Positions 1 to 9,307 of a stretch of 40,467 bases of DNA are shown piece by piece. The notes beneath the pieces are model-generated. The model did not search any database and was not told the origin of the DNA. It saw nothing but the letters and a program-made list of their open reading frames with translations. Source of the DNA: Dialister sp. (lineage in GTDB: Bacteria; Bacillota; Negativicutes; Veillonellales; Dialisteraceae); the NCBI GenBank assembly GCA_022743185.1, contig JAIIJA010000001.1:1-40467 (forward strand). The letters are read 5' to 3'. Position numbers and translations under genes: made by a program. How positions within the stretch are numbered: position 1 is the first letter of the stretch; the number at the start of each line of letters is the position of its first letter.

Positions 1-230
1 CTCAGAAATGGGATTTCCTTTTTTATTGCCCGCTTTGCGTTTTGCTAAATGCATGATACGAGAATACCGCATCCCCGTATCGTCATTTCGAGCGGAAGCG
101 AGAGATCCTTTTCCTCAGAAAGCGTCGCGTTGCCTTGCTTTCTGCGCTGCGCTTTGATTTCTCACTCTTTCTTCCCAAGGCGCAGGTCCCCTGTTATAAT
201 GGATAGAGATTCAATTACAGGAGGCCAATT

Positions 231-872
231 ATGTCACAGAGTGCTATGCAGGAGATCACCTGTCCAAAATGCGGGAAGAAGACGTCTTTCCTCGTATGGG
301 ACAGTATCAATACGATGAAGAATCCGGAGATGAAGGAGAAGGTCAGAAATGACGAGGCCTTCCGTTTCCACTGCCCGGAGTGCGGCGCGTCAGCGCTTTT
401 GAATTACAATTTCCTCTATCATCAGCAGGAGGATAAGGTGCTGATCTATGTCAGCGCAGATGGCGAGGATGCATCGGAGATGGCGCAGATCTTGGACCAG
501 CGGGGGAATGCCTTCGACGGCTATCGGAAACGCATTGTCCGCTCCTACAATGCGTTCAAGGAAAAGCTCCTCATCCTCGATGCGGGCTTCGATGACCGGA
601 TCGTGGAGATCATCAAGAGCTCCGTATGGGACAATGTCGAGGCGCACTACAAGGATAAGAAGATCGATGAGATCTATTTTGCGACCAATGACGACGGTGT
701 GCACGGCTTCCTCTTCCGCAGAGCGGGAGAGATGGTGGCATCGATGGAATTTGATGAATCCCTGTACCAGGCCATCTATGACAGCGCGTATGAACGCCTC
801 GATGCCGCGACAAGAAATGATCTCTATATCGATCGCGACTGGGCGAAGGATGTCGTAGAACGGATGGGATAG
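231..872 (+). CDS. CpXC-domain (double CPxCG zinc-ribbon) protein
   Basis: 213 aa ORF with CPKCG and CPECG motifs, WDSIN and FLYH motifs typical of the CpXC family; SD caggagg upstream. Confidence 0.8.
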   Translation: MSQSAMQEITCPKCGKKTSFLVWDSINTMKNPEMKEKVRNDEAFRFHCPECGASALLNYNFLYHQQEDKVLIYVSADGEDASEMAQILDQRGNAFDGYRKRIVRSYNAFKEKLLILDAGFDDRIVEIIKSSVWDNVEAHYKDKKIDEIYFATNDDGVHGFLFRRAGEMVASMEFDESLYQAIYDSAYERLDAATRNDLYIDRDWAKDVVERMG

Positions 873-915
873 AAGGGGAAGTCCGTGGGCGGGGCGCCCT
901 TTGATTGAGCGAAAG

Positions 916-1362
916 AAGGTTCAGGGTTCAAGGTTCAGGGTTGTGGTGCGGCGCATTTCGTCATCCTGAGCGGGGAGAAAAAATGGCTTATCTGAAACGG
1001 GAGAACTGAGTCGAAGGATCTAAGTGCCGCGGAGTATAGATGGGCGATGCCTGAAGGTCTCTTGACAGCAGGTTTCCCTTGTATCGTCAGCCTTCCTTGC
1101 GGGTAATGCTAGTAAGTTAAGGAAATCGTTAGTTACGTAACGTCTTGCTTCCCCCTTCGGGGAAGTGCCGAAGGCAATATGTGCAAGCGAACTGGATTTT
1201 CGCGTCGCTTCACTCCTAATAATCCAGTTCGCTTGCACAACCCCATCGGGGAGCTCCCCCGATGGGGAGCCAAGAACGTTCTTCCGCTTAACTTAATAGC
1301 CTTCCCCTCGAGGGGAAGGTGCCCCGTAGGGGCGGATAGGGCACTGGCGGTATGAAAGACAG
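916..1362. repeat. Mosaic intergenic repeat block (GGTTCAG/A heptamers, CGTC-type REP-like palindrome, CCTTCCCCTC-GAGGGGAAGG palindrome)
   Basis: 916-1030 and 1298-1362 are close copies of 23627-23752 and 23767-23832. Confidence 0.85.
1108..1300. mobile_element. Candidate MITE with 14-bp terminal inverted repeats
   Basis: gctagtaagttaag (1108-1121) vs cttaacttaatagc (1287-1300), 13/14 complementary; its right end recurs inverted at 40418-40466. Confidence 0.5.
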
Positions 1363-1432
1363 ATGAGAAAAACGGCAAGCGGGCATCGCCTATATACTTG
1401 CGGCGAAGCCGCCAACACACCCTTAAACCTTC

Positions 1433-2056
1433 TTACTTCGTCCCGAAGATGCGGTCGCCGGCATCACCTAGGCCCGGGAGGATGTATTTCTTTTCATTCA
1501 GCTGACGGTCGAGGGAGGCGGTATAGATCGGAACGTCCGGATGTGCCTGGTTCACGACCTCGACACCTTCCGGGGCAGCGACGAGACACATGAATTTGAT
1601 ATTCTTGACGCCTTTTTCTTTCATCATGTCGATGGCTGCGACGGCGCTGCCTCCGGTAGCGAGCATCGGATCGACAAGGATGAAGTCGCGGTTTTCCACA
1701 TCCGGGAGCTTGCAATAGTATTCGATCGGCTTGGCGGTGACGGGATCGCGGTAGAGGCCGATGACGCCGATGCGGGCAGATGGCATGAGTTCGGTGAGGC
1801 CTTCCACCATGCCGAAGCCGGCGCGCAGGATCGGGACGATGCCGAGCTTCTTGCCGGCGACCTGTTTTCCTGTCGCTTTTTCGAGCGGTGTCTCGATAGC
1901 GACATCTTCGAGCGGTAGATCGCGGGTGAGCTCATAGCCCATCAGGAGCGTGATCTCCTGCAGCAGACGGCGAAATTCACCGGAGCTGGTTTCTTTCTTT
2001 CTCATAATGGTCAGCTTGTGCTGGATCAGCGGATGATCAATGACATGGATATGCAT
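1433..2056 (-). CDS. upp: Uracil phosphoribosyltransferase
   Basis: [37 protein letters not shown] motifs; start at MHIHV with SD gaggagg. Confidence 0.97.
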   Translation of the reverse strand: MHIHVIDHPLIQHKLTIMRKKETSSGEFRRLLQEITLLMGYELTRDLPLEDVAIETPLEKATGKQVAGKKLGIVPILRAGFGMVEGLTELMPSARIGVIGLYRDPVTAKPIEYYCKLPDVENRDFILVDPMLATGGSAVAAIDMMKEKGVKNIKFMCLVAAPEGVEVVNQAHPDVPIYTASLDRQLNEKKYILPGLGDAGDRIFGTK

Positions 2057-2364
2057 AATGGCCTCCTCAGGGAAATACAGAGTGAATAGGAAGTAGCGGT
2101 TTTTGCTTTTCTCATTGTAGCACAAATGAGAGAGGTTTGGGGGAGGGACGGCCCTTTGACCCTGAATGAAAGCTTTGCTCGAATGAGGAATTAGGAATGA
2201 GGAATTAGGAATGAAGGTGGCGGCTTCGCCGAGATTGATGACGAGGTCGCAGCTGTTCTGGCATTCATTATCTCACATTCGACGTTTCTCGCTGCGCAGG
2301 ATGACGAAACGGGGCGATGCCCAAAGAACGGAGGATAGAAGTCATATGTCTGATGTCTCCTAGT

Positions 2365-2402
2365 CTAATCCCTAGCTACTCATCCCTGCTTTCAAACTTC
2401 AG
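2365..2402 (-). repeat. 38-bp dispersed repeat module (CTGAAGTTTGAAAGCAGGGATGAGTAGCTAGGGATTAG)
   Basis: Copies at 2365-2402 (-), 4144-4181 (+) and 30427-30464 (+). Confidence 0.85.
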
Positions 2403-2562
2403 GGCACGCCCCACGAGTGAACCCTGTTTCCTTAAATCTTTCTTTAATGACAATTCCCGAAGAATGTTGTAAAATGAAAGACAGTATGATAGAAATGCAT
2501 TTTTATACCTTTATATATAGTTTGAGGTTCATATAGCTCCAAGTAAAGAAAAGAGGAATCCT

Positions 2563-4080
2563 ATGAAATCCAATAAACTGACATCCCTTCTCTGCGCGCT
2601 GGCTCTGACAGGGGCGGTGGTGCCGCTTTCTATGGCAGAGGCGGCAGAACCGGCTCTGCCAGCTCCGGCGGCAGCCCAGGAAGCACCTGCTGAAGGTGTG
2701 AACTACACCGATGCCCTGATGAAGGGACTTTCTCTGACGCTTCCTGATGTCCAGAGTGCGGTCGAGTCAGGCACGTTTAAGAATCTTTCACCAGAAGCGC
2801 CTAAGCCTGCAGAGCCGGAGCCCGCTCCATTGCCCGAACCGGAACCAGAGCCGGAGCCCGAGCCGGAACCCGAACCTGCGCCTGCCCCGGCACCGGCGGC
2901 GAAGTATACCGCAGATCAGGGGAGCGCAGCCGCCGAGATCGGATCCGATGGTGCGTATGACGGCATGACCTACAGCTCGGACAAAGCGGATGAGAATGCG
3001 CTTCGCGTCTCCATGGCATACATCACCGCGAAGGGCGATACCATCACGAAGTCCGGTGACACCTCGAATGCAGAAAGCAGTGACCTTTACGGGATGAATG
3101 CGGCGCTGCTCGTGACCCATGGCGGACACGGGGCTTTCACGGATGTGAAGATTTCCAGCACAGGAAACGGTGCGACGGGCGCCTATGGCTACAGCAAGGG
3201 CACGTACATCAATCTGACGAATGCAGAGGTCTCCACCACGGGCGCGCAGGCTGCCGGCGTCGAGGTCTCCCAGCGTGCGATGATGAAGGTAGAGGCATCC
3301 ACGGTCACTACCACCGGAAATCAGTCGCCGGCGATCCGCATCTCTCAAAACGGCGGCATCCTTCTCACCGAAAACTCCGACTTTACCGCTTCCGGCACGA
3401 ATGCACACGGCATCTATACCCAGGGCGATGTGACCATCACAGGCGGGACTGTCAAGGCGGAAAAGACCAAGGCGGCTGTCATCAAGAATATCAGCTCCAT
3501 CACGCTCGATGGAGCGACGCTCGAAGGCAATGAGACAGGCGCGCTTCCTTACAATATCGTCATGTACTCGGATGCCGACGCGATCGGTGTCACAGGGACG
3601 CAGCAGTTCGAGGCGAATCATGCAAGCCTCATCTCTCATAAGGGCGGCATGTTCTATGTGACCGGCACCCACTGCCGCATCACGCTGAAGGACAGCACGC
3701 TCACGCAGGATGAAGCATCGCCTGTCTTCACCATCACAGGCAATGACGGCGGCTACGGCTGGGGCGATGCAGGCGCGAACGGCGGTCACGCGGAAGTCAT
3801 CCTGTCGCATCAGATCCTGAATGGCGATATTCTCCTCGATACCATCTCGGATATCAATCTCAGTATCAAAGACCAATCCACCTGGACCGGTGCGATCACC
3901 ATCGCGCCGAATGCCCAGGAGGGCGCTCCGTACAAGACCAATGCCGATATTTTCATTGCGGAAGGCTCTACATGGAACCTGACCGCAGACTCTCAGATCA
4001 CCAGCCTCTTCAATCTGGGCACGATCCATTACAACGGACACACCATCACACTTGCCGATGGGACGGTCATGAAGGAATAA
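2563..4080 (+). CDS. Secreted beta-helix (autotransporter-passenger-like) protein with Pro/Glu-rich linker
   Basis: N-terminal signal peptide, (PE)n/(PA)n tract, repeated I-x-T-x-G-x-x-A-x-G units, C-terminal GSTWNLTADS motif; no beta-barrel. Confidence 0.7.
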   Translation: MKSNKLTSLLCALALTGAVVPLSMAEAAEPALPAPAAAQEAPAEGVNYTDALMKGLSLTLPDVQSAVESGTFKNLSPEAPKPAEPEPAPLPEPEPEPEPEPEPEPAPAPAPAAKYTADQGSAAAEIGSDGAYDGMTYSSDKADENALRVSMAYITAKGDTITKSGDTSNAESSDLYGMNAALLVTHGGHGAFTDVKISSTGNGATGAYGYSKGTYINLTNAEVSTTGAQAAGVEVSQRAMMKVEASTVTTTGNQSPAIRISQNGGILLTENSDFTASGTNAHGIYTQGDVTITGGTVKAEKTKAAVIKNISSITLDGATLEGNETGALPYNIVMYSDADAIGVTGTQQFEANHASLISHKGGMFYVTGTHCRITLKDSTLTQDEASPVFTITGNDGGYGWGDAGANGGHAEVILSHQILNGDILLDTISDINLSIKDQSTWTGAITIAPNAQEGAPYKTNADIFIAEGSTWNLTADSQITSLFNLGTIHYNGHTITLADGTVMKE

Positions 4081-4097
4081 ATTGACAGAAATAGAAG

Positions 4098-4135
4098 ATC
4101 ACGCGGTGCGAGGTAGTCGCATGGCGTGATTTTTT
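4098..4135 (+). terminator. Intrinsic terminator
   Basis: atcacgc.gtgcga/tcgcat.gcgtgat stem followed by T-run. Confidence 0.75.
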
Positions 4136-4232
4136 ATTTGAGACTGAAGTTTGAAAGCAGGAATGAGTGGCTAGGGATTAGGAGCCTTGAGTGACTAGTG
4201 ACTAGTGGCTAGTGACTGGGTTTCTTCGGCAT

Positions 4233-4378
4233 CGTCATCCCGAGCGCAGCCGAGGGATCTCTACTGCCCTGCAGGAATCAGCGTGTATGCACTGAGGGGA
4301 AACGATGTCTTGGTGCTGCCTCACATCAGGCAATGAGCGTTCTGCAATATAGATTTCTCGGCTACGCTCGAAATGACG
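4233..4378. repeat. Inverted pair of CGTC-tagged REP-like palindromes
   Basis: cgtcatcccgagcgcagccgagggatct (4233-4260) and inverted agatttctcggctacgctcgaaatgacg (4351-4378); other copies at 81-107, 959-1021, 23668-23744, 23899-23925, 30518-30545. Confidence 0.8.
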
Positions 4379-4648
4379 ACAGCGCGAAGCGCTATCAAAA
4401 CTCCGCGGCGCTTCATTATTATTTGCGCCGCATCAACCCCTTTGAATCCGTAGAACCTACAGAACCTACAGAACCCGCTGAATCTCTTTCGCTCAATTAA
4501 AGGACGGCACGCCCCTTGGGCTAACCCTGAACCCTGAACCTTCATTTCCTCTTGACGCAGCCCTTTCACTAGTGCTATAAATAAAACTATATTTCATATG
4601 CGTGCGGCGCATAGCCGTGCCTCTCTTTTTCCGTCTGGAGGGATCCCT

Positions 4649-5479
4649 ATGAACTTCAAGAAAGCCATCCTCGTATCGGCTGCACTCCTCGCATCTTGCG
4701 GCATCATCGCAGGCTGCGGTGACCAGAAAGCCGCATCCTCTGCTTCTTCTGCGGCTGCCAAAGAAACCACCATCAAGGTCGGCGTATCCCCTGTACCGCA
4801 CGCTGAGATCGTCGGTGCGGTGAAAGACAAGCTCGCCAAAGAAGGTGTCAAGGTCGAAATGGTCGAATTCACCGATTATGTTCAGCCGAACCTGGCCCTT
4901 GCGGATAAGAGCCTCGATGCGAATTTCTTCCAGCACAAACCATATCTGGATGAATTCTGCAAATCCAAAGGCCTGAAGCTGACATCCCTGGGAGCTGTCC
5001 ATCTCGAACCGATGTGCGTGTATTCCAAAAAGCTGAAGTCTTTGAATGATCTTGCTGACGGTGCGCATGTAGCCATTCCGAACGATCCGACCAATGGCGG
5101 CCGTGCCCTCCTCGTCCTCCAGTCTGCCGGTCTCATCAAATTGAAGGAAGGCGCTCCGATCACCGCGACCCCGCAGGATATCGCAGAGAACCCGAAGAAC
5201 CTGAAATTCTCCGAACTGGAAGCCCCGCAGCTTCCGCGTGCCCTGGAGGATGCGGATATCGCGATCATCAATATGAACTTCGCCCTCGAAGCCAAGCTCG
5301 ATCCGAAGAGTGCCATCTACAGCGAAGGCTCCGACTCCCCGTATGCGAATATTGTAGCTGTCCGTGAAGGTGATGAAAACCGTCCGGAACTCCAGAAGCT
5401 CATGAAAGCGCTCACAAGCAAAGAAGTCAAGGACTTCATCGAAAAGAAATACGGCGGCTCTGTCAAGACCGTATTCTGA
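4649..5479 (+). CDS. metQ: MetQ/NlpA-family ABC substrate-binding lipoprotein
   Basis: Lipobox IAGC; VPHAEI, FTDYVQPN, DANFFQHKPYL, IPNDPTNGGRAL motifs; start at MNFKK after ggaggg. Confidence 0.92.
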   Translation: MNFKKAILVSAALLASCGIIAGCGDQKAASSASSAAAKETTIKVGVSPVPHAEIVGAVKDKLAKEGVKVEMVEFTDYVQPNLALADKSLDANFFQHKPYLDEFCKSKGLKLTSLGAVHLEPMCVYSKKLKSLNDLADGAHVAIPNDPTNGGRALLVLQSAGLIKLKEGAPITATPQDIAENPKNLKFSELEAPQLPRALEDADIAIINMNFALEAKLDPKSAIYSEGSDSPYANIVAVREGDENRPELQKLMKALTSKEVKDFIEKKYGGSVKTVF

Positions 5480-5493
5480 TCGCGCCTTTGAAG

Positions 5494-5522
5494 AAAAACT
5501 CCCCGAAAGGGGAGTTTTTTTT
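5494..5522 (+). terminator. Intrinsic terminator
   Basis: aaaaactcccc-gaaa-ggggagttttttt. Confidence 0.9.
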
Positions 5523-5720
5523 GCTGCGACAAGGGGGCCCCCTTCATGAGGAGCCCATCGGAGCAGAGATCGCCATGATAGAAAACCTACCATATGCGCT
5601 ATGGCAAGGATCCCTCCATCCACCTCCTTCTCTATTGCTGAACGGTTCCCCATTCTATATAATGATATATTGAGATAGAATCATAGAAAAAATATCATTT
5701 CCCATGTCAGGAGCCCATCC

Positions 5721-6929
5721 ATGCGATTCCTCGCTTCGAAAAAGAACATCCAGAATCTTTTATATGCGACACTCTTTCTGCTGCCGCTTCATCCCTATGT
5801 GTTTTACGTGACACTTCTCCCATGCCTTCTTCTCTGGGCAGTGAATCATTGCACCAGAGGCGAAGTGAAATGCGTGTGCCCTCACCTCTGGGGACTGCCG
5901 GCGGTCTTTTTGGCGTGTGCCTTTTTCTCCGGTTTCCACTCTCCCGACCCTGCCTTTTCACTCATGAACTGGGCCTTCCAGCCATTGATGTATGCCGCGA
6001 TCTACCTTTTGATCCTTTCGCTTCTTTCCTCCGTGCGAGAAAAGGAGAAGGCGCTCTATGCCTTCCTGGCAGGAGCCATCTGCGTGGCTGCTTATGGCTT
6101 CATCCAGTATGCGAATGTGGCAGGCATGGCAGCCGATATGACGGCGCAGAGCTGGGTCGATCCCGAGAGATTTCCTCTCCTTCGGCGCCGCATGTATTCG
6201 ACACTGGAAAATCCGAATCTCCTCGGGGCCTATGCCGTCATGATCATCAGCATCCTCACTGCTTTCTTTCTCAAGGAGCGGCAGAAAAAAAGGAAATGGG
6301 CTTTTGCCATCATTCTCTTCGTCCTGCTTCTCTGCCTTGCGCTGACCTATTCACGTGGCGCATGGCTGAGCCTTGCGGCTATCGTGCTCGGACTCACCCT
6401 CTTCTATGACAAGCGATTCGGCTTCCTTTTCTTCCTCATCCCTCTCGTCCTCCTCTTCTACCACGGACAGATGGTCGAGCGTTTCTTGTCCCTCTTCTCC
6501 GGCGAAGACACCTCTGTCGGCCTGCGATTTGCCCTGTGGGAGAGCACCATCGCCATGATCGAAGAGCACCCGCTTCTCGGCGTGGGGTGGGGGAGCTATT
6601 ATCTGGCCTATCCCGACTACAACTTCTTTATTCAGGATGAGCATGTCCTCATCTTCCATGCGCACAACATGTATCTCAATATGTTCGCCGAAGTCGGCAT
6701 CATAGGCGGAGCAGCCTTCCTTTTGACCTTCTTCGCGCAGGGCTTTCTCTGCTGGAAGCTCTACCGTGGCAAGGCTAGCCTCTTCACGCGAACGATGGGG
6801 CTTGGCGGTCTGCTCATGGTCATGGCCATCGCCGTCATCGGCATGAGTGACCATGTTCTCTTCGGACGCTCGATCTCCTTCTGCTTCTGGAGCCTTTCCG
6901 CACTTTGCGTAGGAAGCGGGGACTGGTGA
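5721..6929 (+). CDS. O-antigen ligase / IctB-like membrane protein (Wzy_C family)
   Basis: Multi-TM protein with RMYSTLENPN, LTYSRGAW, GVGWG and HAHNMYL motifs. Confidence 0.85.
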   Translation: MRFLASKKNIQNLLYATLFLLPLHPYVFYVTLLPCLLLWAVNHCTRGEVKCVCPHLWGLPAVFLACAFFSGFHSPDPAFSLMNWAFQPLMYAAIYLLILSLLSSVREKEKALYAFLAGAICVAAYGFIQYANVAGMAADMTAQSWVDPERFPLLRRRMYSTLENPNLLGAYAVMIISILTAFFLKERQKKRKWAFAIILFVLLLCLALTYSRGAWLSLAAIVLGLTLFYDKRFGFLFFLIPLVLLFYHGQMVERFLSLFSGEDTSVGLRFALWESTIAMIEEHPLLGVGWGSYYLAYPDYNFFIQDEHVLIFHAHNMYLNMFAEVGIIGGAAFLLTFFAQGFLCWKLYRGKASLFTRTMGLGGLLMVMAIAVIGMSDHVLFGRSISFCFWSLSALCVGSGDW

Positions 6930-7202
6930 GCGGTTATCGGGGCGGAAGCGTGAAGGGGGCAGTGATGCCCGAAGTGATGCACCGGTCTTCTCAGAGCACC
7001 TTCGCGGGAAGCCTTCGAGTGCGGTCTTGCAGCGCTCCCCTGTACCATTTCTATAACTTCCACTGCGAGGATCATCGCTTTCATAGCCTGTAGACTCTGA
7101 GTCACATGATTGATGATTTGTCTAATAGGAATTATTTATAACATCCCTATGAGAATTTTAAAAACAAAGAACTTACTTTTTACGAACCTTTCGAAAAAAG
7201 TG

Positions 7203-7211
7203 TGATATAAT
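7203..7211 (+). promoter_or_regulatory. Extended -10 promoter of the succinate operon
   Basis: TGaTATAAT in an AT-rich region ~240 nt upstream of the CoA-transferase start. Confidence 0.6.
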
Positions 7212-7453
7212 AACAGTGATGACTGAGAAGGTCGCAAATACAGTCGGTGAGGCCGATGATACCAAGGAGGAGTTTTTCTGATGTTATGAGACATGTTTAC
7301 ATGCGGTCATAGGAAAGCAGAAAGGACTCCTTTTTCTTTTATACTTCGGAAGCACGGCTGTGTTTTTATGAGGCAAAAAGTTCCAGACCATAGAGAAAGC
7401 TCAAAAAGGTACTGGACTTTTGATATTTTTATATTTTTGGGAGGATGATAGTA

Positions 7454-9001
7454 ATGATCGACACCAATGATAGCGAATTCCTTAGCAGAATTGAATGTGC
7501 AGATCTGAAAGCAAAAATCTGTGATGCTAAAACTGCAGCAGCTATGATTCAGGCAGGCGACATCCTTGGTATTTCCGGATTCACCCCATGCGGCTATCCG
7601 AAGATCACCATGCATGAACTCGCAGAACGTATGAAAGAAACCCCATTCCAGGTAGACGTATGGACTGGCGCTTCTACTGGTTCCCAGATTGATACTGAAC
7701 TGGTCGCTGTAAACGGCATCAGAAACCGTATGCCATACCAGACCAACGGCAACCTCAGAAAAGCCATCAATGCAGGCACCATCAACTATTATGACCTTCA
7801 CCTGTCCCATGTAGCTCAGCAGATCCGTGCTGGCTTCTTCACCAACGTGAAGGGCGAACGTGTCACCGGCCCAGATTTCGCAGTAGTAGAAGTCTGCAAG
7901 ATCGGACCGAACGGCGAACTGTACCCGACCACTGCTATCGGTAACTCTCCGGTATTCGTAGATACCGCTAAGAAAGTCATCGTAGAAGTCAACACCACCC
8001 AGCCGCTGGAACTCGCTGGCATGGCTGATATCTACATGAGAAAGAACCCGCCGCACTGCGAACCGATTCCGATCAAAACTGCTGGCGACCGCGTAGGCAC
8101 TCCTTACATCCCATGCGATCCGGCAAAGATCGCTGCTATCGTTCCATGCGATCTGCCGGACGTTACCCGTGCACTGGCTCCACTCGATGACGACGCAGAA
8201 GCAATGGGCAACAACCTGATCGATTTCCTGAAAAACGAAGTCGCTCATGGCAGACTGCCGGAAAACCTGCTCCCACTGCAGTCCGGTGTAGGCAACGTAG
8301 CAAACGCTGTTATCCATGGCCTCGTAGAATCCGACTTCAAGAACCTTTCCGTATACACCGAAGTTATTCAGGATGGCATGTTCGACCTGATCGATAGAGA
8401 CAAGATCGACATGATCTCCGGTACTTCCCTGTCCCCATCCCCGGATGGACTGAAGCGCTTCTATGCAAACATTGAAAAATACAACAAGAAGATCATTCTC
8501 CGTCCGCAGGAAATCTCCAACAATGGCGAAGTAGCTCGTCGTCTCGGCGTCATCGCTATGAACACCGCTCTGGAAATGGATATCTACGGCCACGTAAACT
8601 CCACCCACGTAAGCGGCACCAAGCTGATGAACGGTATCGGCGGCTCCGGCGACTTTGCTCGTAACGGCTTCCTGTCCTGCTTCTTCTGCCACAGCACCGC
8701 TAAGGGCGGCAAGATCTCCGCAGTTGTTCCGATGTGCTCCCATGTAGACCACACCGAACATGATACCCATGTATTCATTTCCGAACAGGGGGTCGCTGAT
8801 GTTCGCGGCCTGTCCCCGAAAGAAAGAGCAAAGGCCATCATCAACAACGTCGCTCATCCGTCCTTCAGAGATCAGCTCATGGACTACTATGAAAGAGCAT
8901 GCGCAGCTTGCGGCGAAAGCCAGACCCCGCATCTCCTTCAGGAAGCATTCAAATTCCATGAAAGCCTCGCTGAAACCGGCGACATGCACTTCAAGAAATA
9001 A
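7454..9001 (+). CDS. Acetyl-CoA hydrolase/transferase family succinate CoA-transferase (ScpC/Cat1-like; likely propionyl-CoA:succinate)
   Basis: SGFTPCGYPK, LQSGVGNVANA, YTEVIQD, NGIGGSGDF, HVDHTEHD motifs; first gene of the mutase cluster; alternative start 7445. Confidence 0.9.
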   Translation: MIDTNDSEFLSRIECADLKAKICDAKTAAAMIQAGDILGISGFTPCGYPKITMHELAERMKETPFQVDVWTGASTGSQIDTELVAVNGIRNRMPYQTNGNLRKAINAGTINYYDLHLSHVAQQIRAGFFTNVKGERVTGPDFAVVEVCKIGPNGELYPTTAIGNSPVFVDTAKKVIVEVNTTQPLELAGMADIYMRKNPPHCEPIPIKTAGDRVGTPYIPCDPAKIAAIVPCDLPDVTRALAPLDDDAEAMGNNLIDFLKNEVAHGRLPENLLPLQSGVGNVANAVIHGLVESDFKNLSVYTEVIQDGMFDLIDRDKIDMISGTSLSPSPDGLKRFYANIEKYNKKIILRPQEISNNGEVARRLGVIAMNTALEMDIYGHVNSTHVSGTKLMNGIGGSGDFARNGFLSCFFCHSTAKGGKISAVVPMCSHVDHTEHDTHVFISEQGVADVRGLSPKERAKAIINNVAHPSFRDQLMDYYERACAACGESQTPHLLQEAFKFHESLAETGDMHFKK

Positions 9002-9043
9002 TTTAATTATTCAAGAAGCCGTATGAGGCAAAGCATTTAATGC

Positions 9044-9071
9044 TTTACAAATACAGATAATACTGTATAAT
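9044..9071 (+). promoter_or_regulatory. Sigma-A-type promoter upstream of MCM-1
   Basis: TTTACA-16 nt-TATAAT. Confidence 0.6.
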
Positions 9072-9307
9072 TACCTATGGTGATATCTGTCACACGACAG
9101 TGTCAATACATGGGTCAGCAAGAGTCCCCAATCGCTGCTGCAAGAAGACTCGAATGAGCACTGCAGCAGCCAAAGGCTTTGCGTGACCCCATTGGGAAGA
9201 TAGATCCTATGTAAGTGGTAAGAAGAACACAAAGTCGCGGCCACCGAAGTCAAGGAAAGGCTTCCTAGAGTTTTACATACTTACTTTTTTAGGAGGAAGA
9301 TGAACTC

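Noticed and set aside
916..1420. Short ORFs in repeat-rich spacers (also 23626-24333 and 30467-30661)
   Set aside because: Translations of palindromic repeat modules; no RBS or protein-like features
4552..4648. SAM riboswitch or T-box before metQ
   Set aside because: Leader is about 60 nt with no recognisable S-box, SMK or T-box core
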